A stretch of DNA of 43,327 nt from assembly GCA_003990765.1 (NCBI GenBank), contig RBNJ01000077.1, positions 1-43,327 of the forward strand, in the 5' to 3' direction. Below the pieces are notes generated by a model. The model made no database searches. It saw nothing but the letters and a program-made list of their open reading frames with translations, and was not told the origin of the DNA. Of the stretch, positions 12,104 to 24,399 are shown piece by piece. Position 1 is the first letter of the stretch; each line of letters opens with the position of its first letter. Source of the stretch: Jimgerdemannia flammicorona. Lineage: Eukaryota. The translations under genes were made by a program, and so were the position numbers.

Positions 12104-15100
12104 ATGAGATTACTGATATTTTATAGTTATACTTCAGATGAATCAATCATCACCTTTATTAATAATTTTAAGTAATATGCTACTGTAAGGGGCCTGACAG
12201 CAAGGCAGCAAGTAACCCTCATACTCTTCAGTCTCTGAGGACCAGTAAGAGCAGCATTTACAGCTACAATCCATATAGGAAATGATGATAATACTATACT
12301 GATAGCATAGAAGACCTGGCTCTGAGCCACATACTATACAGATAAGATCAAGCAGGTACTAAAAGATTAGCTCAATACAATATATCAAGAAATGAGTGAG
12401 GATTCAAATACATTCTACACTAGAATCCAATATTAGATAATCTTTGCAGATTATGCTGTCATTATCAGAGATCAAGTAGCTAAAGTAACCTTCATGAAAG
12501 AAATCCACCCAGAGATAGTCCTGACCATCTGCTCATTACTAATAGTTCTGGATCTAATACAGAAGATCACCTATGCTCAGTAATACTGGATAGCCAGACA
12601 CCCACAAGACTATATAATGGAGAGAGTCACTGGAGTCAGAATTAAAGTACTTAAGATAATCAGTATAATCCCTACTATAGTAATCAATCAAAATACACCT
12701 CAATCAAGAGCTACTAATAACAAAAAAATAGTGACCCCATGGAGGAACTCACTAAGCAGTTTGCTGAAATAACTACCCACCTAGGAGATGTGATTAAGGA
12801 AATCAAAAGAAGAGACTGCTGCCCATTTTAGAAATTTGTCACTACCTTAGATAAGAAGAGAGGTACCTACTATACCTGTAGAGAAGAGGGCCACTACTTA
12901 TATAAATATATGAGCAAAACTAAGTGCAAGACACAGCCAAGTAATGCAACTTGAAATAAGGAACAGACCAATATCATCATCTTTAAGAAAATTGGAGAAT
13001 TAGATGAAGAAGAATGGGAGGTCTATCTTGTACAGACCACTAAAAAGAATGTCCACAAAGAACCCTACAAGAGGCCACCAGGGAGACCTAAGAAGAACTC
13101 TGTGGAAAAGCAGATAAAGACTGCTACAGAATGTTAAGGTAAAGAAATGAATCAAGATATGGAGTTAGAACAGGCTGTTCAAGATATCATCCAAGGAACC
13201 ACTCCAGCTAGTAAAGGAGAAAAGAAGAAAAAGCTTTGTAAAATCAAGACCTTCAAGTATGATACATATCTTCAAGGATCTCAGTTAATAAAGATCAATA
13301 CAACCTTTGGCCAGCTGGCAGAGATACCTACATTCAGATAGCAAATGAGATATGAACTTGCTGAAATAACTAAAGAGCAAGGATGGAAGATAACTAAGGC
13401 CAACAATGTTCAAGAAAACTCAGGAGAAGAAAGTGAAGACAACTGTAAAACCTCTGTCTATGCAACTTGTCAAATTGAGGATAGAGTCTTTGAGGCTATC
13501 ATTGATACAGAAGTAGAAGAATGCCTCCTCAGTAAGAAAGCAGCCAACTGCCTAGATTGGGAAGTTGAAGAAGCAATCAAATTAGTATTTGTCACAGCAG
13601 ATAGCACAAGAGCCACATCTCTGGGAAAGATCCAAAATGTCCCTATCAAGTTTGAAGGAGCAACCATCTCAGTAGATGTAATCATGACCAATGCAATCAA
13701 TTATAATATTCTTATTGGCAATCAATGGCTTCACAAAGCCAAGGCAATAATTGATCTGAATACACAGAAGATGTAGATCATCTACTATAGATAGAAGATG
13801 CAAATTCCCATCAATATCAATAAAGAAGTCCTGTCTGAGATGGAGGAAGAAGAGAGTGAACAGGAGGAAGCCTATATGGTGACAACTTAGAAAAAGAAGA
13901 AGAAGATCAGATGGATAAGTAAAGAAGACTAGTACAAGAAGATTACAGAAGGATATATACCACAAGGAGTCTGCCCCCATGGGATCTGAATGTACTATAT
14001 GGAGCATGTCAATGAGTGTTGCCAGTATACTGGCAAAATCAAGGAAATCTACCATCAAAGAAGAGAGAAGGCTCTTGAGAAATAGACAAGAGAAGAAAAG
14101 AGAATAGAAGAAGAGGAGGAAGAGGATGATGAACCACCAGCTCTCCTCAAAGACAGTGATGATGAAGAGGAAATCAAGATCAAGATTCAGAAGATTCATT
14201 CTAATGTAGTCTTACCAGAATATAAGTCAGAAAATACAGCTGGAATGGATATTACCATAGTGGAAGAAACTGTACTAGAACTCCAGACAACCACCCTACT
14301 TGCAACTGGTCTGGAGATGACTATTCCAAAAGACCATATCAGAATCCTCAAGACAAGAAGTAGCCTGGCTAGAAGAAAAATCACAATTGAAGGAGGAGTC
14401 ATCAATTCCAATTATATTGGAGAAATATTACTTATTGTTAGGAACCACAATCCTACAATTCCATTTCTAATTAAGAAGAAGGACCAACTGATACAGATGT
14501 TGATCTTCCCAGTTCTTTAGTCAAAGATCATAGAAGTCAAGAAGTTAGAGGAAACAGAAAGAGGAAGAAAAGGATTTGGATCTATAGGAAGAGGAGTATT
14601 CACTAGTACCAAGATCACTAAGCTACAGTACAAGAAGGAGAAAACTATAAATGAGCACAACTATACAATTGGAAATAAATTCCCACTCAAGACAGAGCTC
14701 AAGAAAATACTACATAAATTTGAGGATGTCCTTACCACAGACTTCAAGGATATCAAGGAAAGGACTCTACATTATCATCATGATGTAGATACTAGTGATA
14801 CCGAACTAATTTACCAGAAGGTAAGACCTGTCCCACCAGCCTACTGAGAATGGCTCAGAGAAGAAATCAAGTAGATGAAAGAAGCTAATATCATCAAAGA
14901 GACCAGCAGCCCCTGGTCTTCACTAGTTGTAATAGCTCTGAAGAAAGGAAAAAGCCTGGAGAATTTGCCCCAAGACTCTGTGTTGATTACAGAAAGCTCA
15001 ATTTAGTTACCAAGAAGAATCGCCAACCACTACCCCTCATCAATGATATCCTTATAACTCTGTGGGATGAAGCACAGTACTACAGCACCTTGGATCTATA

Positions 15101-16098
15101 TTCAGGATTCCACCAAATCAGACTCACAGAAACAGCAAGTGAGAAATCAGCCTTCATCACTCCAGATAGAACCTATATCTAATTATAAATGCCATTCAGA
15201 ATATGCAATGTCCCTGCAAGCTTCTAGTGAATAATGAATAAAATCTTCTACTATGATATGGGAAGATGGATGATGGTTTATGTAGACGATATTATCATCT
15301 ATAAAAGAACATCTGCAACACATTCAACAGATGATAGAGAAACTGAGATAGCATGCTCTTTACATCAAGTCCAAGAAGTACAAGTTCATGGAAATTAAGA
15401 TTATCTATCTTGGACATATCATCAATCAAGATGGAATATATACAGACCCTCTCAAGATACAAGCAGTAGTAGTATATCTGAGGCCTACTACTGTTACTGA
15501 AGCCCAAGCCTTCATGGGGCTGATCTCATATTACTGACAATTTATCAGAGAATTCTCCAACATTGCAGGCTCAATATATGAACTCAACAAGAAGGATACC
15601 AAGTTCCAATAGACTGACAGGTAACAAAAAGCATTTGATGAGCTCAAGGTCAGACTGACCCAGACACCTATCCTCAGAAGACCCAATTGGACTCAAGAAT
15701 TCATTCTGCAGACAGATGCAAGCACCCAGAGACTAGGAGCAGTCTTAGCTTAAAAGAAAAACAAAGTGGAGTATATTATCACATACCTAAGTTGAGAGAC
15801 CTGAGGAGCTGAAAAAAAATATGAATCCTACAAGTTGGAATGCCTTGCAGTCATCTGGGCTGTAGAAAAGTTCCACTACTATCTCACCAGAAGATACTTT
15901 ACCATCCAGACAGACTACTCAGTTCTCACTTAGCTACTGACCACTGGGCAACCCAAAGGAATCTATATCAGATGGATCATGAAATTACAAGCATATGATG
16001 TAACCATCATATACTACTCAGAAAGAACCAATACCAATGTAGATGCCCTCTCATGGACACCCTGAAGGATCTCCAACCAGCAAATTAATTATGAATAA
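12104..16098 (+). pseudogene. E1 gag-pol (Gag, Zn knuckle, aspartic protease, dUTPase, RT, RNase H); many stops
   Basis: Knuckle remnant TCREEGHY ~12875; IIDT(E) protease ~13500; dUTPase PEYKS..AGMDI, RSSL, GGVINSNYIGEI, RGRKGFGS 14170-14590; RT YVDD 15279-15290; RH LQTDAS..LECLAVIWA..QTD..DALS. Confidence 0.9.
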
Positions 16099-17281
16099 GA
16101 AGCTCTACTATAAAATGATCACCTATCTGGGACAGCAAAAGATACCCCAATATCTGGAAGAATAGATACAAATAATTATCAACAGAATATGGAAACAATT
16201 TGAAACTGATAGAGAAACATTAAAGAAAGAAAAGCTACTAGTTATATCAGAATATAAGAAGAAGCAAGCAATGAAATCAGTACATGAACTTGGCTATCTA
16301 GGAGGAACAAACATATATAATAAAGTAAGAAGAACAATATGGTGGCCAGGAATAGAGGAAGATATCAGACAATTTGTCAGATCCTGTGACAAATACCAGA
16401 AGCAGAAATAAGATCAATAAAACTAAGCCCCAGGATCAGCATACATAGAACCAATACTATTTGCCCATATTGCAATAGATGTAATTGGTCCTCTACCTCT
16501 GACTTTGACTGATAACTGATATATCATTGTCATTGTAGATCTTTTCACAAAATAGATAGAGGCAGGACCCCTCAAGGAAGCCAATGCACAGTCAATTGCT
16601 GATTTATTTTACAAAGAAATCATTTGCTGGTTCAAGACCTCAATACAAGTAACCACAGATAGAGGAACAGAATTTGTGAACCAGTTCTTTGAGGTTCTCT
16701 ACAAGAAGTATAAGATCCAGTACATTTAGACCATAGCATACTATCCCTAAGGAAATGGACAGGTAGAAAGGACTAATAAGACCCTCAAGAATGTTATCAC
16801 CAAGATCTGTGATAACTATGAAAACTGGGATCACTATTTGCCAATAGTATTATCTGCTCTCTGGGATATTTAATCACAAAGTACCCATTTCACCTCTCAA
16901 GAAATGCTGTTCAGAGAAGAAGATTCTCAAGAAACTCTATTATCTAATAGAGATACTGTATTGAAACATATAGATGGAGAGATACAGAGACTACACCAAA
17001 TCAGGAAGAAGGCTGAAGATTATATAACCAAGGTACAGGCACTATAATAGAATAATGTGGAAAGAGTTTACAAGCCTCTAGAGATTATTAAGATAGGAGA
17101 TAAAGTCCTTATATATTAGAATATAGTAAAAGCTTCATGGTCACAAAAACTGGAGCCCAAGTAAAAAGGATCTTACCTTGTGCAAGATATAAAAGGGACC
17201 ACCTTTTGGCTACAAAAACTCTCAAGCACAATCATCCCTACTATCTTCTACTGAAACTGACTCAAGAAGTATTATAGTTAA
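16091..17281 (+). pseudogene. E1 integrase, separate ORF in +1 frame
   Basis: ATG AAT AAG start; H..WWPG..C Zn-finger remnant, IAIDVIGPLP, VTTD(R)GTEF, GNGQVERTNKTLK; ends LKKYYS*. Confidence 0.85.
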
Positions 17282-17735
17282 TCAATAGAGCACTGCTATA
17301 GTCCTCAAGATCATCAGTACCATACAGCAAGCCATAGAAAGATAATAGTAAACTACTGAGCTGTCAGTTATAGAAGAATTCTTTGATAGTATACAGAGTA
17401 TAGTCCAGATATACCTATCATGAATCTTACACTTCAAGGTCTACTAGAACCAAACTGAGTTTCAAGAATACTTCAAGTTGGGACAACTACTAAACTTGTA
17501 ACTAGACATGGAAAAAGAAGACTAGACTAGAGAGTGTTAGCTCTCTTATACTCAGATTACAACTGTCAAACAAATCAACAAGATGTTTAAGGATGATGAG
17601 CCAGCTCTAGCCCATCTTCACAAAGTAGTTCCAGGAGACTTTAAATATATTAAGAGACAATACTGGGAGTATGTAATGATGCAGATTGAACAGTATAAAG
17701 AAATACAAATTGTAGAAGCTTGGGAGTTTGAATAG
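17274..17735 (+). pseudogene. E1 3' accessory ORF (~153 codons, unknown function)
   Basis: One frame whose stops all revert by a single transition: ..FQEYFKLGQLLNL..LSYTQITTVKQINKMFKDDEPALAHLHKVVPGDF.. Start ATA inferred to be a decayed ATG. Confidence 0.6.
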
Positions 17736-17762
17736 AATACTTCAGGGATGAATTATCTATTC

Positions 17763-17771
17763 AGGAGGAAG
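17763..17771 (+). promoter_or_regulatory. E1 polypurine tract
   Basis: AGGAGGAAG immediately before the 3' LTR; same as the E3 PPT. Confidence 0.75.
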
Positions 17772-17772
17772 T

Positions 17773-18246
17773 TGTGATAGTTGATCTGAATTAGGAATAT
17801 AAATCAGGAGAATTAGACATTTGATCATAGTACCTGAACCTAATTTCTGATATAGTATAGCCTTATAATAGCAGTCATTGTTATTTCACAACTATTAAAG
17901 TTTTTGTGAATGTTGAACTCTTTGCAGATATTGAAGATTTCACAGATGTTGAAGATTTTACAGATATTGAAAGATTTAACACTTGTGAAAAGTGACTCAT
18001 AATATAATTATAACTTAACCACTTTATAGCTAACAAACTTATATAAATAACCCAGTATCTTAGAGTGAATAAATCTCAGATTGAAATAGTTCAAAGCAAA
18101 GAGAAAGCAAAAGAACTAGTAGCCTGCAGGCAGATATACTTTGAACTCACTCCTGTATCTGAAGACTCTGTAGAGTCAAAGAAGATCAAGTTTTCAAGAT
18201 ACAGAAATCTGACATACTCCCAAGGTTAAGCATCTACTATATTATA
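17773..18246 (+). repeat. E1 3' LTR (474 bp)
   Basis: Direct repeat of the 5' LTR with one extra 18-bp CAGATGTTGAAGATTTCA-type unit. Confidence 0.95.
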
Positions 18247-18802
18247 ATATAAATTATCTAATACTAATTTAGTATAAAATAATTATTTGTAGAATTTGTA
18301 TCAAAGTTTATATTATATCTAAGTTAGTATAAGATCTGATATTAGATCTTATATCTAATATATATATATATATATATATTGTATATAAATATTTATACTA
18401 AGTACTTACTGAATATAAATTTCACATATACTATATATAAGAATCTTATTATAATAAATAATTTAGATTTTATATCCTTGTAGATTATAAAGTAAAGTTT
18501 AGCTTTTAGAGACAAATAATATGAAAAGGTAGAAAAAAGTATATTTTGTATAGAAGAAAGAACACTATATAGAAAGGTAGAAGAATAATATATTTGTAAA
18601 GTAGTTTTGAATTAGAAAAAATATATGAGTATTATAATAGTAATAAATAATATATAGATCATTATATCAAAAGTCTGACTAAGTTATATATCTCAAATTA
18701 TTAGTAGGAATATAAACATTATATTTTAGTATAAAGATTATATTCTAAATAAATAATATATTTCAATCAAATTTCAGTATAAGATAAAAATACTTTACTT
18801 AT

Positions 18803-20205
18803 TATAATGTGCCGGCTCAATGGAGGCAAATTACAAGATTGGGGGTTGATGTGGTTTGGCTTGAGCCCCTAGTTACTTTGTCAAAAGCAATAAAATATTC
18901 TTGGTGTTTAGCAGTATAATAGTCAAGATCTGGATACTATGCGAGTGGTTTCCTTTTTGGGATGGTTCTCTGAGTGTAGCAGCAATTTGTGTGTAAATGG
19001 ACTTCCTTCTTGGGTCAACTGGAAATGGTACAATTTGTGTAGTGTGAGTGGTTTCCTTCTTGAGTGACGATCTCTGATTTCTGCATAACAATCTGGCAAT
19101 TTAGTAGTTCTCCTTATGCAGTTCCTGCGTGATGATCTCTGTGTAGTGCAGCAGATTCCTTATGTGGGACATTCTGATAATTCAGCAGATAACTCGATTT
19201 GGCTCACTGGGAATGTAGGGCATGGGTTCTTCTTCCAGAATAAGACTGGCAGTGGGTAACTCAATAACTCAGGCTCACTGGGAACAATAAATAACTCGGA
19301 TGGCATGGATTCTTCCTAAATCAGTGGCTTTAACTGAGAATACTATTCAAATGGCATGAGTTCTTCCAAATCGGGCTCTTCTGAGGTTACGATGGCACAG
19401 ATTTCTTCTAAAACGGCGGCTTTAACTGGGAATACGATGGCACAGATTCTTCTGAATCGGCGGCTTCAACTGGGAATACAGTGGATAACTTGAAAATGGT
19501 GGATGGTATAGATTCTTCTGAATCGGCGGTCTTCTGGGAAATAACTCGGATTCTTGGCAAGTTACATCTAGACTGGCTTCGTTTGCATGAATGGATCACT
19601 GCAAAGTTGCATCAGAAACTGGCTTGGGCAAGGCAGCTTCCTCCGGGAATGTGGATAACTTGGAAATGGTGGCTTATTTCTTAAGTGGCAAATTACTCAA
19701 AAGGTGGCAAAGTTCTCCTTGAACTTAGGTGACAAATCTTCAGGCTTATCTGGCAAGTGAACTAATAGTTCCAAAGGCAGCGAAGTTCTCCTTGAACTTA
19801 GGCGACAAAATCAGCTTTGTATTGGAAAGTGGACCAGAGTGGGAATAAGGGGACCAATTGCTCAATCTTTAGAGGCTTCTTTGGTTTGCACTTCAATTTG
19901 GACTGAGGTTTATTCACTCTTATCTCTGGGGTAATTTATACAAGTTGGTTGCTATGTGGCTAACTATAGATCTGCTACTTATGGTAGATGTACAGAGTCT
20001 GTATGGTATACAGGACCTGTACAGTGTACAGAGTCTGTATGGTGTACAGAGTCTGTACAGATAAACAGACCCTTTCTGGTATATCTGGCTATTTATACAA
20101 TTTCTGCAGCAATGGTTGCTGGTTACTAAGCTGTGTGTTCATGTTATCTTTGTTTGCGTCATCTGATTAAGATATGATTCAGGTGGTATGTCTTGGCTTG
20201 TCACA
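18803..20205 (-). repeat. E2 3' LTR (1403 bp)
   Basis: Direct repeat of 24400-25727; internal ~43-bp and 18-bp tandem repeats. Confidence 0.95.
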
Positions 20206-20244
20206 TCAGCCCCCACTGAAGGGTAGTCTGTCCCAGACTATTCT

Positions 20245-23200
20245 TCAGTCATCATTCCAATAAGCATAGGCTGCTTCTGCATCTATACCTGTTCCATCAT
20301 CTTCATTATCTGTACTGAGGTCACTCCATTCTATGGGTTCTTCTTCTTCTTCGGGGAATAGGATTTTGACAGAGTTGATGATGCTCAAATAGGTAACAGG
20401 GTTCATTCCTTGAATATCATTCAGGGAGAATTGTGTCTGTGTCAGGGCTGTGACATTTCATTTGTAAATGGTATATAGTCTGTCTGCAGTAGTAGTGTCT
20501 CTTCTGGTCAGACCTGTGGTGTTCCTGATGTAGGTCTGTTCTGGGGCTGGGAGGTTCTGCAATTGTTCACCAATTGCATAATAGGCCTGCAGCTGGTGGA
20601 CTTGTAGTAGGCATCTGGCCAAGGTAAGATTTTCTTGGTGAACTTGAATCCTCTGAAGGGGGTTCCCATTGGCTTGGCCGAATTGAGGTAGGGGAACTAG
20701 TAGGGCTTGGAAGGAGCTGAGGACCAATGTCTGGAGGCGCTGATCAATCCTTTGGCTCATGATATAAGGGGGAAATATAGTTTGAGGTGATTGATATGTA
20801 CTGGTGTTCTCAGGGTTCGTCCATCCTTGGCGGGTTGCATGTCTGATGAGAGCTAGGATGTCTTCTCCCAAATTATAAATCTTGAGGATTCTTCTTCCTG
20901 GCTTCTTGGTCTGGCTTTTTCGGATCTGGCTTTTTCAGATCTGGCTTCAGTTGTCTCCTTTCTTCAAAGTATGCACTGCAACATCATGACTGAGATGAAT
21001 CTTCTGATGTCTGCAGTCCCGGCAGTCAGGGTGTCTCCCATGGTTGCAATATCCCATTGCTTGAAAATGGTGTTCCTGGCTGTTTATCTCCTGTTGTCTT
21101 GGGAATCGGTACCCATCTTGATCATAAGTGGGTGAAAGGGTAGACAGGGGATATATTTCTGTTCGGGTAAAGAAGCCTTGTCCTCTAAATCGACTTTGTA
21201 ACCTTATGGTGACTTCTTGAAAAATGGTAGACTGTGCAAGAGTAGTTGGGGGTTCTGGTCTCTGGGGTCTCTGCCTTTCTTGTTGGTCCAATAGATGACA
21301 CTGATAACAGTAGTCTCAGGGAGAGTGGAAGACCATTTGATGTAGACATCTCCCTAGCCGGAAAGCTTTCTCTTGGTGGGTTTCTTTCTTGGGGATAATG
21401 GTGATGGTACTGGGTCCTTCTTCTGTATTCCAGGGGTCATTGTCTTCAGGTGGTGTCCAGCGAGGGTCATCCCAGGGGATGAGTTCGGGGACTTCTTCTT
21501 CATCAGGTGCTTCTTGTTCAGGAACTTCTTGGTCAGGAGTTTCTTCTTCCTCGGATGATTCTTGACCCCAAATTGCTTGTACTTCTGTAGCTTCAGTTGC
21601 AGGGGTTTCTGGAATATGTCTGCATCTCTTCTTCTTCCTTCTGCACTCTGGGCAGGCTGTGCTAGGTGATTTCCTTGTTCCTATGATCTTGGAGAAGTGC
21701 TCGGGACACTTGTGTCTCTTGAGACATGTAGGGCATCCTTTGACTTCTCCTGCAATGGCTCCAATGGTGATGGGGATGGTATTCTTGGCCCACACATTGT
21801 CTTCTGGTCTGTCATCCATCAGATTGATTCAGGGATTGAGTCTGGGATCATTTCCATCTTCAGATTCTTCCTCTTCCTCTGTGGTAGATTCTTCACTGCT
21901 GGCATATTCTTCCTGAATAGTGACCTTCTTTTTCTTCTTCGATTGCTCATAGCTGGTCATCTTAACTCGGTACTTCTTGCCTCAGTAGTCAAACTTGAGT
22001 ACTTGTTGGCCAATATCAACAACTGCATTCATTTCTTTCATCCAGTTGGTGCCAAGAATCATGTCATAGGTGACAGCTTCAGTGACAACAGCTTTGGAAA
22101 TGGAGAACTGAATATGTCCAAGAGAGATGGTGATATTTCGTACTTCTCCAAGGGGTTGAGTTCGGGCTCCATCTGCTACTATGATGCTGAGGTTAGATGG
22201 TCCATCAATGGGCCATTGGAGGGTGTCCAAGAATCGTTTGGCAATGACACAGACAGCTGCTCCTGTATCTATGAGGATTTTCACTTTTTGTCCTCCAATG
22301 TCTCCATATAAGTAGGTGCTGACATGTCTTTCAGCTGCTTGGACAGGGATGGGAACTGGTTCTTGTTGCTGTGGGATTGGAACTCAGCCAGTGCTAGACC
22401 TAGTGGTTCTCAGTAATTTGTTTTGGACTCCAGCTGGTGTCAATTGCAAGAATTGTAGGAGAGGGACTTCTATCTTGGCTTCTTGAATCTTCTGCCAGGT
22501 TTCATTGTAAATGTCCCTAGGCATGGTTTTCAGAGTGTACTTCTTCTTAGGCTTTGGGGCAACAGATTCCTGTTCTTCTTGTTCCATTTCTTCATCTTCT
22601 GGTAGCAGCTCATTTGTCTCAGAGACAAAAGGTGAGGGGGTGAGGGGAGGTGTTTCTACTTGTCCCTCCTCATATTCTTCATCTTCTTCTTGGATAATTC
22701 TTCTGCTGATGTTCCTGGATGGTCTTCCTATAGGTCTCTTTCTCTTCTCTGCCAGATAGACTGTTTTTCGGGTTGTAACCTTGGTAGGGTACAAGTCTAG
22801 GTCACTGTAGTCTTCACTGTTGCTTGCTTCCTCGAAATCTTCAACAGGATGGGCCTCAGTCTTCTTGTACTGGGTGTCATTCCTTTGGTTTGGTGGTTCT
22901 GAGTCTCTTTGGTCACTTCTTTTGTTGTCACATTCAGTGGCATAGTGTCCGAATTGTCCACAGTAGAAGCATTGGACTTGGGCTCTGTCTCAGGCAGAGT
23001 ACCTTCTTTCTTCTTGCTGGTAATTCCTGTTATCTCTTGGTGGATAACCTTGGCTCCTCTGTGGTGGGTATCCTCTATGGTTTTGGTAGTCCCGATTTTC
23101 ACATGTAGTGAGTTTTTCAATCTGTCCAACCAATCAATCTAACTTGGAGCTGAGGTCTTAAATTTCGCTTCTGTCCTTCTTTCCTTCCTTGGCTGGCCTT

Positions 23201-24339
23201 CTTTCTTTGGTCCTTTCTTGCCCTTGAAGGAGTCCTTGCAGGGCCTTGACCAGGATATCTTCTTTATCTTCCTTCTTATCATGATCACTCCAGGTGGTTC
23301 CTTGCCTGACATCAAAGAATCCTTGGGCCACATCTACTTGTTCTTCAGACCTTCTGATGCCTAAGATGCGGACATGCTGGGCAATATTCAGGGGAATTCC
23401 ATTCATGAAGGTCATTGGACCTATGATGTCCTGGTTGGTGGCATTGAACCTGGTGGAATGCATTCTCTTCTGGATTCTTGTGAAGAAGGCTCTGGGTGAT
23501 TCTCCAAGATTCATCTTCATTCCCATGATAGATTCCTGAGCCTTGTAGCAGGTTTCATTTCCTGCATACTTCTCTATGAGCCAGTAGACCATGGCCTGAT
23601 ATTCTAGCTTATAGGAGACTGCTGCTTGTATCTGTCTTGCTATTTCTAAATCTGGGTTATTTGCTGTTCGATGGAAAATTCCTCTGGCTGGTTCTCTGAG
23701 CTGAGCTTTGTAGATGGCAATTTTTCTTTCATCTGAGAGATTCCTCAAGGCTGCGATTCCTTCAATTCCATCAAGGAATTCTCTGGGGTCTTCCTCCGGG
23801 TATTCTGCAAAGATTGGCAATGAGGTGGCCATTTCTTCATCACTTTCTTCTGATTCTGGTTCTGGTTCAGATTCTGATTCTGATTCGCTTCCTGAACTGT
23901 CACTAGAGATGGGGGTGCTTGAGTATCTTGAAGATGGTGTTCTGGTCCTTGGGTGAGGTAGAATAGGCCTAGGTATTCTTGTAGGAGCTACTTCTGATTC
24001 TGCAAGGGGTTGTGGTAGGGGTTCTATTGGTGAAATTGGTGGGACTGGTGTGGGGTGTCTGGCTGTGAAGTATTGGGCCCGTGTGATAAGGTCTTCTAGT
24101 TCTTGTGCAAGTTCTCTGAAATCTCTAGCAGAGCTGCCTATATTGTCTGGTTGATCTGGTTGGTCTGGTTGAGGATTTTGGGCTGTACTGCCTCCTGCTT
24201 CTGGTTGGGATCCTTCTGATGCTGGGTAGTTGGCAAGCCTTGAGGTAATTACTTCTCTTCCTGTCCAAATGCTAGTGATGACTAGTTCTCCTGTAGTGGC
24301 GGAAGTTAGTGTTTTATCGAATGTATCCAGTTTGACTAT
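20245..24339 (-). pseudogene. E2 single polyprotein frame (~1365 codons): Gag - CCHC knuckle - aspartic protease - Cys/His clusters - accessory domain
   Basis: Track ORFs starting 23832, 22794, 22284, 21819, 21291 and 20871 share one frame. Motifs LPIFAEYPEEDPREFL, CFYCGQFGHYATEC, ILIDTGA..ILGTNWM. The stops examined revert to CGA/CAA. Start ATA at 24339 is inferred. Confidence 0.8.
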
Positions 24340-24380
24340 GGGTTCTTGTGAGCTGAAAAGTCACGTCGATTTTAAAATCT

Positions 24381-24397
24381 TCCCAGTTGAGCCCCCA
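24381..24397 (-). promoter_or_regulatory. E2 primer-binding site, tRNA-Pro type
   Basis: TGGGGGCTCAACTGGGA, 2 nt after the 5' LTR; resembles the canonical tRNA-Pro PBS TGGGGGCTCGTCCGGGA. Confidence 0.8.
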
Positions 24398-24399
24398 AA

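Larger units (their letters stand above)
11526..18246 (+). mobile_element. E1: full-length degenerate Ty3/Gypsy LTR retrotransposon with dUTPase
   Basis: LTRs 11526-11983 (TG..CA) and 17773-18246; 4-bp TSD ATAT; PBS and PPT present. Domain order gag-ZnK-PR-dUTPase-RT-RH-IN. Confidence 0.95.

Noticed and set aside
19290-19560. Spaced repeats resembling a CRISPR array
   Set aside because: Degenerate tandem units without unique spacers, inside a eukaryotic LTR; no cas genes.
20245-20871. env gene interpretation of the 3' ORFs
   Set aside because: No signal peptide, furin site plus fusion peptide, or TM anchor is visible; the tails are acidic and hydrophilic.
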